Under the pieces are notes generated by a model. The model made no database searches. It was given only the letters and a program-made list of their open reading frames with translations, and was not told the origin of the DNA. A stretch of DNA of 64,000 nucleotides from Hormiphora californensis (Eukaryota > Animalia > Ctenophora): assembly GCA_020137815.1 (NCBI GenBank), contig CM035358.1, positions 1,860,001-1,924,000 of the forward strand, in the 5' to 3' direction. The number at the start of each line of letters is the position of its first letter. The first letter of the stretch is position 1. The position numbers were made by a program, and so were the translations under genes. Positions 27,940 to 55,600 of the stretch are shown here, in pieces.

Positions 27940-29140
27940 ATCACTGCGCTGGCAAGCGCAAAGGTGGCCCCATCCAACCCCCTGAAAAAATTCCCCCAAA
28001 AAACGGCCCGCTTGCTCACAGCGTATATATAGTTAATTTCATACTTTTAGCCCATTTTGGCACTTTTTGACACGCCATAACTCCGGAACCAGGATGAGCT
28101 AGGAAGCTGAAATTTGGTACTCAGAAGCTTCTTGTAGACATCTATCGATGGTAAAAATTTCAAGTAGCTAGCTCATTTCTGTTCAAAGTTATGAACACCA
28201 CCCCCAAAACAGAAAATTCAGTGTGGGGATAACTAGGTTGATACATACATACATAGATGTATAGACGCTTTGTTACCTTCCGTTTGGTCCCTGTTTGAGA
28301 CGAACCAGACATCGTACGACCTCAAACCAAGCGGCATTCGACAGATAATTGTCTCGTGCATGTACCCATTTGGGTGGCGACTCTCCATCTCACCTATGAC
28401 GCGTGCAATGACGTCACGAGTGACGTCATTGCGGGAGACCGACTAACTTTTTTCAAACACCTCTAGCACCCTGAAGACGTGTTCCGATTTCTGATTTGAC
28501 GAAAAATCGTTACCGGCAAATCGTCTGAACTTTCAGATACTATATTGCTAATTTTCGTAGCTCATCATTTTGAGCCCTTAAATCGCGTCGGAAGTCAAAA
28601 ATTTGACGAAAAATCCAGTAAAATGAACTTTTTTCGAGCAAAAACTCCCTTTCCTGACCACTGTGGTCAATGATACTTTACAAGCTCCTTCAGGGTACTC
28701 AATAAAAATATATTGTGATGCAATTACGTCGTTACGACGTCATTAATTACGTCAGCTGACGTCATAATGACGTCAAAATTACGATTTTCACAGAAATTCG
28801 TCTCGTTTCTCATATAACACATCATTTTAACAACTTTACACCATGAAATAATGTCATACTGACATTAGAAACCAAAAAGGGACCTAAATTAAGCCAAAAA
28901 CTAATTGGAATTAGTTGGCGGGAAAGGTGGCCCACTTACACCTTTGCCTGATGCCGGGTTTTATTTTAAAATGTATCAGGGATATAAGAGGTGAGTGAAA
29001 TAGAGAAAGAGAAAGGGTGAGAGAGAGATTGAGATACTGACGTGACGAAGAGAATGACAGTTCGTGGTACCCGGTAGCAGCAAAAGGTGTAAGTGGGCCA
29101 CCTTTCCCGCCAACTAATTCCAATTAGTTTTTGGCTTAAT
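27940..29140 (-). mobile_element. Helentron/DINE-1-like element, copy 2
   Basis: Same hairpin end (cactgcgctggcaagcgcaaaggtggcccc), (TACA)n microsatellite, and terminal inverted repeat 28890-29140. Confidence 0.65.
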
Positions 29141-29420
29141 AATATAATAACAATTTAAGGCATTAAAAATTAGTAATTCAACCAGGTTTTTTACTTGCAA
29201 TAACAATGGAAAGTAGGACAATAAAGTGTATGAAACAGCAGCGGAACAATGAAACAATTAATTTGAAAAGAACTAATAAACTATACTTGCTGTGTGTCAA
29301 CTGTCAGAGTGGTGCAAAACAAATCAAGGTAAAGAGAAAATAAACGAAATGTGGAGACTTTTTAGATGTCAACCCAGGTACAATAGTAGTGTGTAGATAG
29401 AGGCAGAAAGAGCGAGAGAT

Positions 29421-29526
<106 letters not shown>

Positions 29527-29541
29527 CAGAGAGACAGAGAC

Positions 29542-29574
<33 letters not shown>

Positions 29575-30278
29575 TTTTGGTTTTGGTTTGAAAATATTAA
29601 GTTGAACTCAAACAATAAAATAAAACAAAGGTTTTGAGTCCGGCCCCATGCGAGGAACATTAATCACTACCAAACACACAAATAAATCACAATAGTGTTC
29701 CACATGCTTGTAGGGCGGGTGGTTCCGTAAAACAGTTGATGGGTCCCATGGAGTGAAGTGTGGGAAAGGAAAGGGATAAACCTGAAAAAGCTAGATTGAG
29801 AAGATTACTCAGATTGAGAAGAACCTGTAGGGGAGTAATGCTGCATTCTCGGAAGGTGTAACAATCACGAGCCGCGGGTTCTCTTGTAGCTCGCTCAGTC
29901 GTGATAGTGGACATGCTAACAATTATAGTGAACTACATTGTAAATATGACATCACACGTATGTAATTTCACTATTGTCCACTCATGACTGAGCGAGCTGC
30001 AAGAGAACCCGCGGCGCGCGATTGTTACACTGACACCTTTCTCGGGAGCATTAGCTAAGAGAGAGAGACACAGACACAGACAGAGACACAGACACAGATA
30101 GAGAGAAAGAGGGACAGAAAGAAAACTTATTTTTATTTTGGAAACGATTGGAAATAATAAAACGCGAGTTTTGTAACAAACAGTATTTACAATTGAATAT
30201 GAATTATGTTTGCATATTATGCAATATCAAACTTTATACACAATTGAGTTTTGTACAGTGTGCGTGTTTTATGTTTGT

Positions 30279-35373
<5,095 letters not shown>

Positions 35374-35948
35374 TCCGCCCTTCTAAAGAAATAGAATGGA
35401 AATTTAGCTAATTGTATGAACTGCATGGAGGACGCGAGGTCGAGCAACGAGAAAGAGGGTGTGATCTGAGAAGGTCAATTCATTATTCTCAGTGGAGTAA
35501 TTGCTACGAGAGTGAACGGAATCGGAAGATATTTTGGATGAGAATCACGGTTTTTGCGATAACAACTGTATCTTGCTATATTGAATGCAGATTTCAGATC
35601 CCTCTACAAACAATTTCCAGTTTCTAGACTCTAGTTATCCAAAATTAATAATCCATGCAGGTGTTTTTTGTCTTGCAGTGGAAAGCAGGGCAATATAGTG
35701 TATGGGTTGTTATTAAAATCAACTAAACAGCGGAACAGTGAAATAATCAACTTGAACAGAACTAATAGACTATACATGCTGTGTGTCAATTGTTAGTATG
35801 GCGCAAAACAAATCAAGGTAAAGATAAAATAAACGATATATGTGGCTGACCCTATTCTCATTTGCTTAAGGAGATGAATATGGAGACTTTTTAGAAGTCA
35901 ACACATGCAGGGACATTAACATAAAATATAGTTATGTGTAGAGAGGCA

Positions 35949-35998
<50 letters not shown>

Positions 35999-36359
35999 AG
36001 AGATATCAGATGAGTTCCTGTACCGTGACCCGTGTTCCACTAACAGCACAATATATTGTCAATACTGCGGAACGGTCTACTCAGAAAGTGTAACGGAGCG
36101 CGCGGGTATATTTCTGAGAACAATTCCGCGCGAAAGTGACCAGGAGTTTCAGGACCGTGGGAAAATTTGTATTGTCCCCATCCCTGATTTTCCGCAAACT
36201 CGTTTTTGGCTGTCAGAGCATTGGACTGACAGTTTTTTGGCTAAATGGCCGGCCAACAAAGTTTCAAACAACTATTTCAACATGATGAAGACCGGTAAAA
36301 GAGATAATAAGTTAGTTAAAAATAAACCCTTACGTTAAAACACACACACCGCTCAGAGT

Positions 36360-45851
<9,492 letters not shown>

Positions 45852-46558
45852 CGCTACAATTGTTATTAGTTGCATATTAGTTGAGTTAATTTGGAATTTA
45901 GCTGATATTTTGGCGAAGTAGTGCACTGTTTAGTTATCAGCGTCGTGTTTTGGACAAAAGGTAAGGGGGAAGCAAAGCAGGGTAAAATTGGATGTAGAAA
46001 ATAACACATGTTTTAACACAAAACCGAAAGTTATGAGTGAGTTTGCAGAATATACATTATTATTCAGTTTACAATTGTCAGAGATTTAGCCCTCCTTCTT
46101 TTTAGAAGTTGGGATTAAATGGGTGAAAAAATAACAGTGTATGGGGGAGAGAAACAAACAAAAAATAACTTGTGGCCACAGCAAACTCGCACACAAAACA
46201 TACATACACAGCTTCACACAACCATCATGTCACACTACTACACAAATCACTGCTCTTGTCTGTCAGGCCAATGCTCTGACCGCGGTTCTCACACACTCCG
46301 AAATGAGAGTAGGGTCAGGTTGAAATACTCTGACAGTCTCTTGTCCTAAGATGACTAATGAGTTCAACCACACAAACCACCCCTCAAACCACACCTCACT
46401 GATTTAATTAACTCGTTCCCACAACCAGGGGTACACACACACACACACACATGCACATATTAAACACACAAAAAACCTACATGTTATATAATACAACAAA
46501 ACAAAATACAAAATCCCTAAAAGATGACACATTGTCCATGGTGGTGGAGAGGTCTGCC

Positions 46559-48712
46559 TCACGTACAACATTTGTTCTCTCTTACTGGGGGCGGGGCACT
46601 GAAGGAGAGATATATTGGGAGAGATATAGGGTAGAGAGAAAGAGGGGAGAGAAAGTAATATAGAGGAAGAAAGTAAGAGAATGATTGACTAACCTGATTG
46701 GTGTAGCTTGAATCTCTGGAGCTGGCGTTGGTTGTTTGTTTGCTAAGTAACGCTTGTAGATTTCCCTCGTCAAGTTTTCAAAAACCTGTGAAATTGACAA
46801 TCAGTAATAGAATCATAATCAGAATAAGGGTTAGACGACTGTGTGGGCTTCCAGCTTCCTGAAAAACCAGGAGCAAAACATTTTGAATACCAGGTCCATG
46901 CCGCGCGACGGTACGTGCGGGAAGCGCGCGAACTTGAGTATTTGTGTGGTCTGGCGCGTTCCAGACATGATCTCCTAACAAATGTGTCATTGGCAAAATC
47001 ATGGAAGAGAGGGGGAATCACACCCTCTCAAAAAGTTTCCATTTTATTACACACATCTCTGATATACATCATAGCACTTAGTCTGGAGATTTTAAATGTA
47101 TCTCAGTTTTTAAATGATTCAAGTGGGCAGATATACAACAACTGCTTACAATTAGTAATTCTCAGAATCGAGAAACTCTTCCCTTACCTTATCAACATTT
47201 TCACCACACTTTGCACTTGTCTCAAGGAACTCAATACCATAGTTAGCCGCTAATTCAGCACCTTTCTCGTGTGATACCACCCTTTTAAACTGCTTATCAG
47301 ACTTGTTGCCGACCTGAAAATGTGTGATCAATTTTAGTTCTGTTTGTGATATAATACGGCGATTTGATTGTACAAAAAAAACAGGCTACATAACAAGAAG
47401 AACAACCTCAGTCAGTATAAACTATAGAGCTGTAAATAAATATTAGGACTTTCGGAGTGGTCGCCCAAAGTTTAATACTCAGTACTATACGAACAATAAC
47501 GCAGTTGGACAGTTGTTAACCAAACTTACCAAATATATCACGACATCATTTGGTGCACTTTTCCTAACATTATCCACCCACCCAGAGATTCTCTCAAAAG
47601 TTCTCAGCTGAGTTATATCGTATACAAGAACAAGACCTGTAGCATCCCGGAAATACCAACTTGCCATGGAGTGAAACCTGAAAATATGTATGGGATTCTT
47701 TTTATCTACTGTAATGAGTAATCTATGTATCATTCCTTCTCTTTTGCTCGCTATTTCCTCCCTTTCTTCTCTTTTCTTTCTTTCTCTCACTCTCGTTCTC
47801 ACTTCCCAGGCACTCAGCTTATATTGGCGTTGATACAATGTGTGTGGGATACAGTGTGTGGGTGATGACAGACGGGTGGGAAGAAAATCAAATAAAAGAA
47901 GAGAGATACGCTTGGACTGTAGGTGTGTCTTTGGAAGAGTAATAAAATGGGATAGAGAGAGAAAGTATACGCTGCACATGTGTGTATGATAGGCCATATC
48001 TAGTGATAATGAAATCAGTCGACTCTAAAACAATCCCAGTAATCTATTCAGTAATTAACACAAGTTAATAATAATTAAGGTTAACATTCAAGTTTGGTGA
48101 CGCAGCCACCCCTAAGTACACTAGCTGCGCGCAGTGCGGCTAAACGAAGCCCGCGAAGCAGGCTGAGTGTATTATAAAATAATAGGGGATGTCATCACCA
48201 ACATTCAAGTCACCTTTCCTGTCCAGCAGTATCCCAAATTTGAAGCCGAATTGTTTTGTCGTCAATATTAATATTCCTGAAAGAGAAATTCTCGTTACAA
48301 GAAAAAAAAGAAGAGAGACCGGTCATGGATGGTGGTCCCCCTTTGTCTCTCCTATTTAGCCGCGATTCAAAGAGCGTACTCCGAATAAGTCGTAATTTGA
48401 ACTACAATCATGGAGTCATGAAAATTTGACGACAAGAAATTCTAGGACGCTATGAATCTCTCTAATTCCCTACGTACGAAATGGCATTTCTACATTGATT
48501 AGGTACTGATTAAAAAACTACGAGACAGTCTAAATAATAAGTTATGGATAAAATTAAACTTACCTGCATTTGAAATCTATTCCAACAGTACTTAGCAGAC
48601 TATCACTGAAAGTACTCTCTACATACTGAAGCAACAAACTCGTCTTACCAACTCCACTCTCCCCAACTGTCAATATCTTAAACGATAGATCAAACTTCTC
48701 GTCTGCTCTCAT
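46559..48712 (-). CDS. Rab family GTPase (Rab8/10/26/37-like clade), 6 exons
   Basis: [43 protein letters not shown] and a C-terminal ...NKCCT* prenylation motif. Confidence 0.9.
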
Positions 48713-48829
48713 GCTATAGATATAGTTAAATTAGTTATTGATCTACCTTAAATATCGGAGTTTTATCACGAAACATCAAGCTATATCATGATACAGGGTA
48801 TTACTGGAGGGGTTAAAAGTTAAAATGTA

Positions 48830-49250
48830 ATGAGTGTTATCTAGATGTGTTATGAACTATGTAATACTGCTGTGATGGGCCGGACAATGCAACTGTTGTA
48901 CAGCCGTGAGCCGAGCACTTTCACATCTTTTATCGCAGAACATTCAAACAATTTGTGGGATGTTGAATCTGGGAGTTGGCCACATTCAAGACAATTGGGA
49001 ACTGTGAGTGATCGCTCGTATCTCAGGTAACTGAAGCTGAAGTCTTGAAAACGTAAGGATCTGCCATGTACAAAGTCTAAGACCTGAGAGGAGTTCTGTC
49101 GGGACATGTTTCTTGGAACTAAGGGGAAATCCAAAATGGCTCCTGAGTTTATAATGCTGGCTAGCTCTTCTTGAGAGCGAATAGGAAGTATGCTGAAAGG
49201 GTCTTCTCGAGTCAAATCTGTCAATCTACCTATGAATGGTTATTTTACCT
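48830..49250 (-). mobile_element. Non-LTR retrotransposon 3' fragment (C-terminal CCHC region)
   Basis: CLECGQLPDSTSHKLFEC resembles the C-terminal Cx2C...Hx4C motif of LINE ORF2 proteins. Confidence 0.55.
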
Positions 49251-50178
49251 TAAAGAATATTTAACATTTTTTCGTGGACTGGTTTTTGGAGCTTCTAGCG
49301 AAAGTGATGCTTTCTTGTTTCTTGACCAATTTCGTCAAACAAAAACTTTACGGACTCACAAAAATATGCTCTTTCCGATGATATGTGGCTTTTTGCCGAA
49401 AAGTGAGAGCAAGTGGGGACTGTCGCGGCTCGTGCGCAAATACGACGCCGTGCGTGAAAAGGGGGGTGACAACTTCAATAATCCGTTAGGGTCTGGTTAG
49501 GGTTTGGTTTCGACTTTCGGGTTTTCGGTAAGGGGCGGGCTATTGATTTATCGTTAGTTTATCAATTTCTTAAAATCTTAAAGCAGAATTTCGAAGCATC
49601 CAACACTCAATATTAGGTATCGCTTGTGCTTTCAAAACTTCGCAAACTTCAGTACTTTTAACTTTCTAATTTTGTTTTGTCTTATGGTTTTGTCTTTTGA
49701 TTGACACCATTTAAAGCTACGTTTTCTGCTGGCCCAGTGCTGGGTTTGAATCCTTATTTTGCCATTATCTTGCTTTCAAATGTTTTGGCAATAAAAGCTA
49801 TGTGTGTCCAAGAGTCAAATTGAAATAGCCACCTTTTGTCCCTCTTTTATCGCACTGTTAGGGTATTTGACCCTTGAACACAGCTTTTAGGGCAAAAGCA
49901 TCTGAAAGCAAGATAATTGCAAAAGAAGGATTCGTTTTCAGCAGAAAATGCAGCCTCAAAAGACTTCCATCAAGACTTGAAAAGTGTCAAGAACAGTTGG
50001 AAAAAGTTGTAAAGTAAAATTTGGAGAAGTTTGCAAAGTTTAGAAAACACGCGAGACCTGATTATTATTATTATTATTAAATCTATATAATTTACACAAT
50101 TTAATTGTATAAATAAGCCCCTTTTTTGTGGGCAAATACGGGTTACCGATAGATATTAAAGTTCATTGAAGATACCCA

Positions 50179-51141
50179 TTATGAAAAGTCTATCACCCCC
50201 CTCCGTACCCGGAATTGGCCTCCAGGATTCGAGTCCCTCAACTCCTTCAACGTTTGGTGGAGTTCTCTCCTCTCACTTCTCTCTGCGAAGGACATATCCC
50301 TTGCAAGATATACACCGCAGTACGATTCTAACTGTTTTAGCTGCTTTGCCTTCTGGAGAAGGCTTAGCAGCATTTCCCTACTCTGTAGCTTCACAATCAC
50401 TGGTCTCTCCCTTCCTCCCCGTTTCAAACCCACCCTTCTAGCTTCTATGGTCGGTTTCTCGCCTAGCTCAGCAAAAACATTTTCCACTTCACCCTTTAAC
50501 ACAGATTCAGTTTCATCCTCACATTCCGGTAGACCAAACACCATCAGATTTTTCGATCTGTCTGGGCCGGTATCAACTGGCTTGTGCGTGACCTTTTCCA
50601 CGGCTTTCTGGATCTTTTTCGATGCAAACGCAGTCTTACAATTCTGTGTGACGACTGCAGAGAAAGTACGCAAATCTTTCTGTACCGTCTCGGTAACTCG
50701 ATTCAGTTGCTCGCCCTGAAGCTCAATAACCTGCTCTTGTAACTTGACAGTTCTTCTCAAAAGATCATCACACTCCACTTTCAACTTCTCCTCCTGCTCC
50801 TGCAACTCGAGAGATTTTCTCAACAGTTCATCTCGCTCCTCTTTGAGTTCATCTCGCTCCTCTTTGAGTACCATCTCAGGGGATTTCTCGGCAAAGATAT
50901 GACGCTCAAAGTGTTTTAGAACAATAAACGTTGCAAAGCTCATTTCTTCAATCAGTTGCTTTAGCTCATATTTCGTGTGTACAGAGTTGATTTTAACTGA
51001 TGACGGTATTTCAGCATCGTTGAAATCTGGACTGCTCCTGCACTTTTTTAAGACATTGCCAGCGACAGAGCTCTCTCCACTTTTGGCCAGCGTCAGAATC
51101 CGTCTTACAGCAAAGTCCAATTCTCGTTGTTCGTCTGCCAT
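50179..51141 (-). CDS. LINE (CR1/L2-group-like) ORF1 protein, 320 aa: coiled coil plus RRM-like/C-terminal domain
   Basis: Heptad EERDELK repeats, then RSKNLMVFGLPE, RVG...RPVIVKL and GVYLARDMSFAERSERREL, typical of LINE ORF1p. Confidence 0.8.
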   Translation of the reverse strand: MADEQRELDFAVRRILTLAKSGESSVAGNVLKKCRSSPDFNDAEIPSSVKINSVHTKYELKQLIEEMSFATFIVLKHFERHIFAEKSPEMVLKEERDELKEERDELLRKSLELQEQEEKLKVECDDLLRRTVKLQEQVIELQGEQLNRVTETVQKDLRTFSAVVTQNCKTAFASKKIQKAVEKVTHKPVDTGPDRSKNLMVFGLPECEDETESVLKGEVENVFAELGEKPTIEARRVGLKRGGRERPVIVKLQSREMLLSLLQKAKQLKQLESYCGVYLARDMSFAERSERRELHQTLKELRDSNPGGQFRVRRGVIDFS

Positions 51142-51190
51142 TATCTTACGTTCTGCCCTTTGGGGCCGTTACATCGCCATGTTGCTGAAA

Positions 51191-51223
51191 CTCAAATTAA
51201 TTTGTTTAAAGTAGTGCTGAAAA
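51191..51223 (-). other. Spliced-leader-like sequence TTTTCAGCACTACTTTAAACAAATTAATTTGAG
   Basis: 32/33 identical to 56385-56417. Resembles the ctenophore SL exon 3' end from memory. Not followed by GT, so it is not an SL RNA gene. Confidence 0.75.
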
Positions 51224-52678
51224 AAATCTGTAGGTATTGAGATGCTTTTTGGGGTGGCGCGCGGCAGGGCTATTGTTGGTTGGGTTTGCCTTTAATTCAA
51301 AGTTTATCTGGTAGGAAATGTCAAGGCCTAACCCCAACCCAAACCCCAGCCCTAACCCTAACCCCACTTTAGCCCTAACCCTAAAAAACCGTTTGTCAGC
51401 ACTCACGAAACACCCAGATTTTAACGCTGGCCGTCATTTGGGGGTGACAACTTCAAAAAATCCGACTAGGAGGCAAGACACTGTGTTGAGACGCGCACCA
51501 TTGCGACGCGCATTTTGGCTTTGCGACGCGCATTTTGGCATTGCGACGCGCACATGAGATAGAGACTTGAAATTTGGAGGTTACGAAGATCTTGCTAAGT
51601 TCTTCCGAACCTCCAAATTTCAAGTCTCTATCTTATCAGGAACCGGAGATATGACAAATTTTGTTATTTCAGGGGGGTGACAGTTTCAAAAAATCCGACT
51701 TTAACACGCTTCGCCGAACGGATTTTCTATAAGGAAACGTGCACGGCTTTGTGGTTTCTGTCACAGTTAGCGCCGCACACAGATTTGAGAAATAAGCGTC
51801 CTGACATCATATTTCATCAAAACAGTTATTTGATTTGATGAAGGAGCGCACTCGAGCGTTGTCAGGCGTTGTCCGTGACGGACGGACATTTAGTTAACCC
51901 CCACGATCTGCTGATTTCTAAACCCTGAATGATCTTTTTAGCACGTGCGTGCTAAAAAGATCATCCCGGGTGGATGCCCTTCGGGCATCCACCCGGGCAG
52001 GGAAAAAATCGTGTCATTTTTATTTTTTTCTTCTTTCATTTGAAAAGTGCTGCCTTATCGGGGGCCAGCAGCCTGCAGCGTTTGCCAATTCTTTCACTGG
52101 AATGGGGCAAATGATCGAACCCAATGTGAATGAGACTCATCGCGATTAACTCTTCATACGGTTACCCCCTTTCGCTCCTCAGCAGCTTCTCCTTGGCTGC
52201 TTAAAAGTGATGCCAATCGGTGTTGGGGTTGTTTTATTTCACTGGAGAAGTGGTTCCTGGACCCACTGGAGTCTGGACCCTGAATTTCTTCATCCATATG
52301 AGGTCTAGGACCCTCTTTTCCGGAGAAAGAAGCGAGAAAAATGGAAACTAGCTAAAAAAGGGAAAATGACACGATCCGATTTTTGATTGAGATTGCCGAC
52401 AATAAAAAGTTTAGAACTTTTAATAATTAATTTATGGGTTCGGAGCTAGTGCAAGCGATCTTGTTACATGAGGAACCTCGAAAATGTTCAGGTCTACACC
52501 GCGTGATCTGTTCTAACCAATCACAGATTACAGAACAGCTCTTGCGTTCACACGTGACACTCTCGCCATACGAGCTGTTCTGAGCAAACCTGAATATTAT
52601 TTTTACCTATGCTGATCTTGATAGCCGATAGATATTCATCCAAGCACTAACCCTGTTTAGGAAAACGATGTAGTTACA

Positions 52679-55600
52679 ATGGCGGGAAAACGGTTCAGGG
52701 TTTCCTGGAAAGGAAGGCCTGGTGAAAGCAAGATGATCCAGGCAATAGAGTTGGTAAATGATGACTTTGAGCAGCTTCTTGGGCAGCTGAAAGAGAAAAT
52801 TCGGAAAAAGTACAAAATAGATAATGAACGGGAGTTCTCACTCAGCTACCAACCAGAAAGCACAATCCATCAATCCATCAACCTAACAGACATAGATGAC
52901 GAAGATGACATGATGGATGTGTGGAAAGGGGATGTTGAACAAAGGATTTTTATAAAATTCATAGAGGACCCTTTTTTACAAAGTGGAAGGTCATCCGTGC
53001 TGAGTAATCCAAGTTGGAGTGGTACTGATGTAACTGGGAGGAGTAGCCCCTTCCAGCCAATAGAACATCCTTTTCCAGGAGGCAGTAGTTTCTCTCCCGT
53101 TATACCAACTAACAAGGTGATTCCGGAAATACCGGTAACAACACAACACCCAGTACAAGTTCCTACACCTCAGCTAGCCGGTGCTCACCCAGTACAACCT
53201 AGTTATAATCTCCACGGAGTTCCTACACCTCAGCCAGATCACGCAGTACAACCTAGCTATGATCATCTCCACGGAGTTCCCCAGCCAGATCGCCCAGAAC
53301 AAGGTGGTGATGTGAGCATGGTATGCGAGGAGGATGCAGCCCATCTTTCTGACATTGAAGTTATACCTGATACTGACGTACCTGGCGATGAAATACCTGG
53401 CGATGAACTAACTGAGGCAGCCGGTAACTCATATTTGATCAAGTCCTTTTTTCCTACTTTTTCCCAGACTTGCAGGAAAAGGGGGTGTGAACACTTGAAA
53501 AAAATTGACTTTGCATTTTTAGGAACTACAAACCCGACCACTGACGAATTGTTATCAAATTTTCAGGGGAAACTGAAATGGATGCCACTGATTATGTTAC
53601 TGATGCTGTTACTGATGCTGTTACTGATTCTGTTACTGGTTCTGTTACTGGTTCTGTTACTGGTTCTGTTACTGGTACTGTTACTGGTTCTGTTACTGGT
53701 TCTGTTACTGGTACTGTTACTGGTACTGTTACTGATTTGGTGAGTAACAAAGAACCAGTGACTGATGATATGGAGCCTAATGCAGCGACAGAAGAACTAG
53801 AGGAAGAAAAGAAGCGTGATCCGGACTCACTGAATGATGGCTTGGATGACTGCGAGACACGTGTGGATATTGTTGATGATGAAGGTGACCAATTCCATGG
53901 TAAGAATGTTTCCTGAGCATCAGTTAGCCATGTTGTTCCAAATATGATGCAAATAAATCCATTGGAAAGAAATAATTACGGCGTTGCACCTTCCGCTGAC
54001 GTCCCCCAGAGATATCGCAGCTAAGTGGTCATGATTTGATTTGAAAAAGGATAAAAATCGATATACAATATATAAAGACAATATCCCGGTTGGCTCCTAT
54101 TGACGGAGTGTCAATATAGACGGAGCGCTTACACCTCAAAATACTATAAAAATTCACACACAGACAGTTCTCGCACACTACGGACAAACAGACTAATATA
54201 GTATACTTTTAATAGCTAAATAAAAATAGAAATAGCTATAAGGCTATTCACATTAGACTAGTTGGTTAATTTTAATTCACTCATTAATGATAAAAATAAT
54301 TACTTACCCTTGCCCATTGTTCCTAGTCCCCCACCCCTCCCCCATGATCCCCATCCAAAATTTAGTATACCGTCGGCTGTTGGTAGAGATTTATATCAGA
54401 TAGAATTCATATCTGTGGTGGGGGCGCCCGTCCTGTTTCAAACTGTTCAACACCACTCCAAACCTCATATTTGAGTACAATGTAAAGAATGAGCTATGTG
54501 TGGAGGTGGGAGAGATACCGCAGAAATAAAGGAAGAGAAAGGGACCCCCCACCACAGAGGCGAATTAAGTTGTGTCATGTAAGGCGTTCCAGAGATGGTC
54601 TTTCAGTTTGGAGGAAAATAAATTGTGTTCGGTTGTATTTCTCAGTTCTTGAGGCAGTAAATTCCACTCAAGGTGGCAGCGGTAGAAGTAACAGTTTTTG
54701 AACAGGTCCACTCTGGGTTGTTCAATGCATATAATGTTCGTTCTGTCTCGTTTCGTTTGTTGTCTGGTGGTGCGTCTGAAATGTGATTCCGGATCGTATT
54801 TTTGTAGGAAAGATGGAAATTTTATAGGAGATGTTTCATAGAATATTTTATGGAACAACTTAAGATCATTATATTGAAATTTTTGAGTCATTGGGAGTAC
54901 GTCAATCTCCCTGAGTTTCTTTACATACGTTTCTAAATTATAACTAGTGTCTGTTTCACCTAATATCCATTTTGTGGCACGTTTCTGCAAACTTTCAAAC
55001 TTAAGCAGACTTGAATCACTTACTGGTCGCCATATTTGGCTACAGTGTTCGAACAGGGATCTAACTAGACTAATGTAGAGGTTCTTCTTCTTTAGGGGGC
55101 ATTTAACTAATACTCCTACACGCTTCACCAGTCCTAATCTTTGAGAAGCTTTGGAAACAAACGATTTCAGTTGTCTTCCCAAACATGTTTCTAATTTCCC
55201 TAACGAGGTCTACATACGCATTATAAATATCATTCTTACCACTATGAGACCTAACAAATTTAGCCCACCTCCTAATGTCGTTCGTACCGAAAGCCACTAT
55301 AACTTTTCTCACTTCCAATTCAGGTTGGCTCTCTCTAAAGCCTTTCAACATGTCTATTGCAAGACTTCCCTCCCAATCTCTGAATGGCTTGCATAGCCTC
55401 GCACCCGATACCGACACATTTATCAGATCCAGGTCCTCGTTCACCCACTTCGTCATGGAAGTTCCCAGGAGTAGAGTCCTTGGAGAATTTGGTGCCGATT
55501 GTGGAGCGGCGGTAGAAAATCCAGAGACATCTGGCTGGTATCCATCAACCATAGGGGGTACAGGCGAAAATGTCATCTGAGACACCACAGGGGACACCAC

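Larger units (their letters stand above)
50061..51226 (-). mobile_element. ORF1-only LINE-derived retrocopy with a 5' spliced-leader-like sequence and (TAA)n tail
   Basis: SL-like motif at 51191-51223, 49-nt UTR, intact intronless ORF, and (TAA)n at 50061-50079. Confidence 0.8.

Noticed and set aside
51191-51223. SL RNA gene
   Set aside because: The leader is followed by TTTCAGC or GACAATG rather than a GT donor and Sm site, so it is a processed copy.
51325-51385. Telomere-like ccctaa repeats (also ~49485-49510)
   Set aside because: Short, degenerate and embedded in a dispersed repeat; not a chromosome end.
53423-53743. Poly-Leu transmembrane C-terminus of the 354-aa ORF
   Set aside because: Arises from reading through a GT-AG intron (53423-53566) into the 12-bp repeat in the wrong frame.
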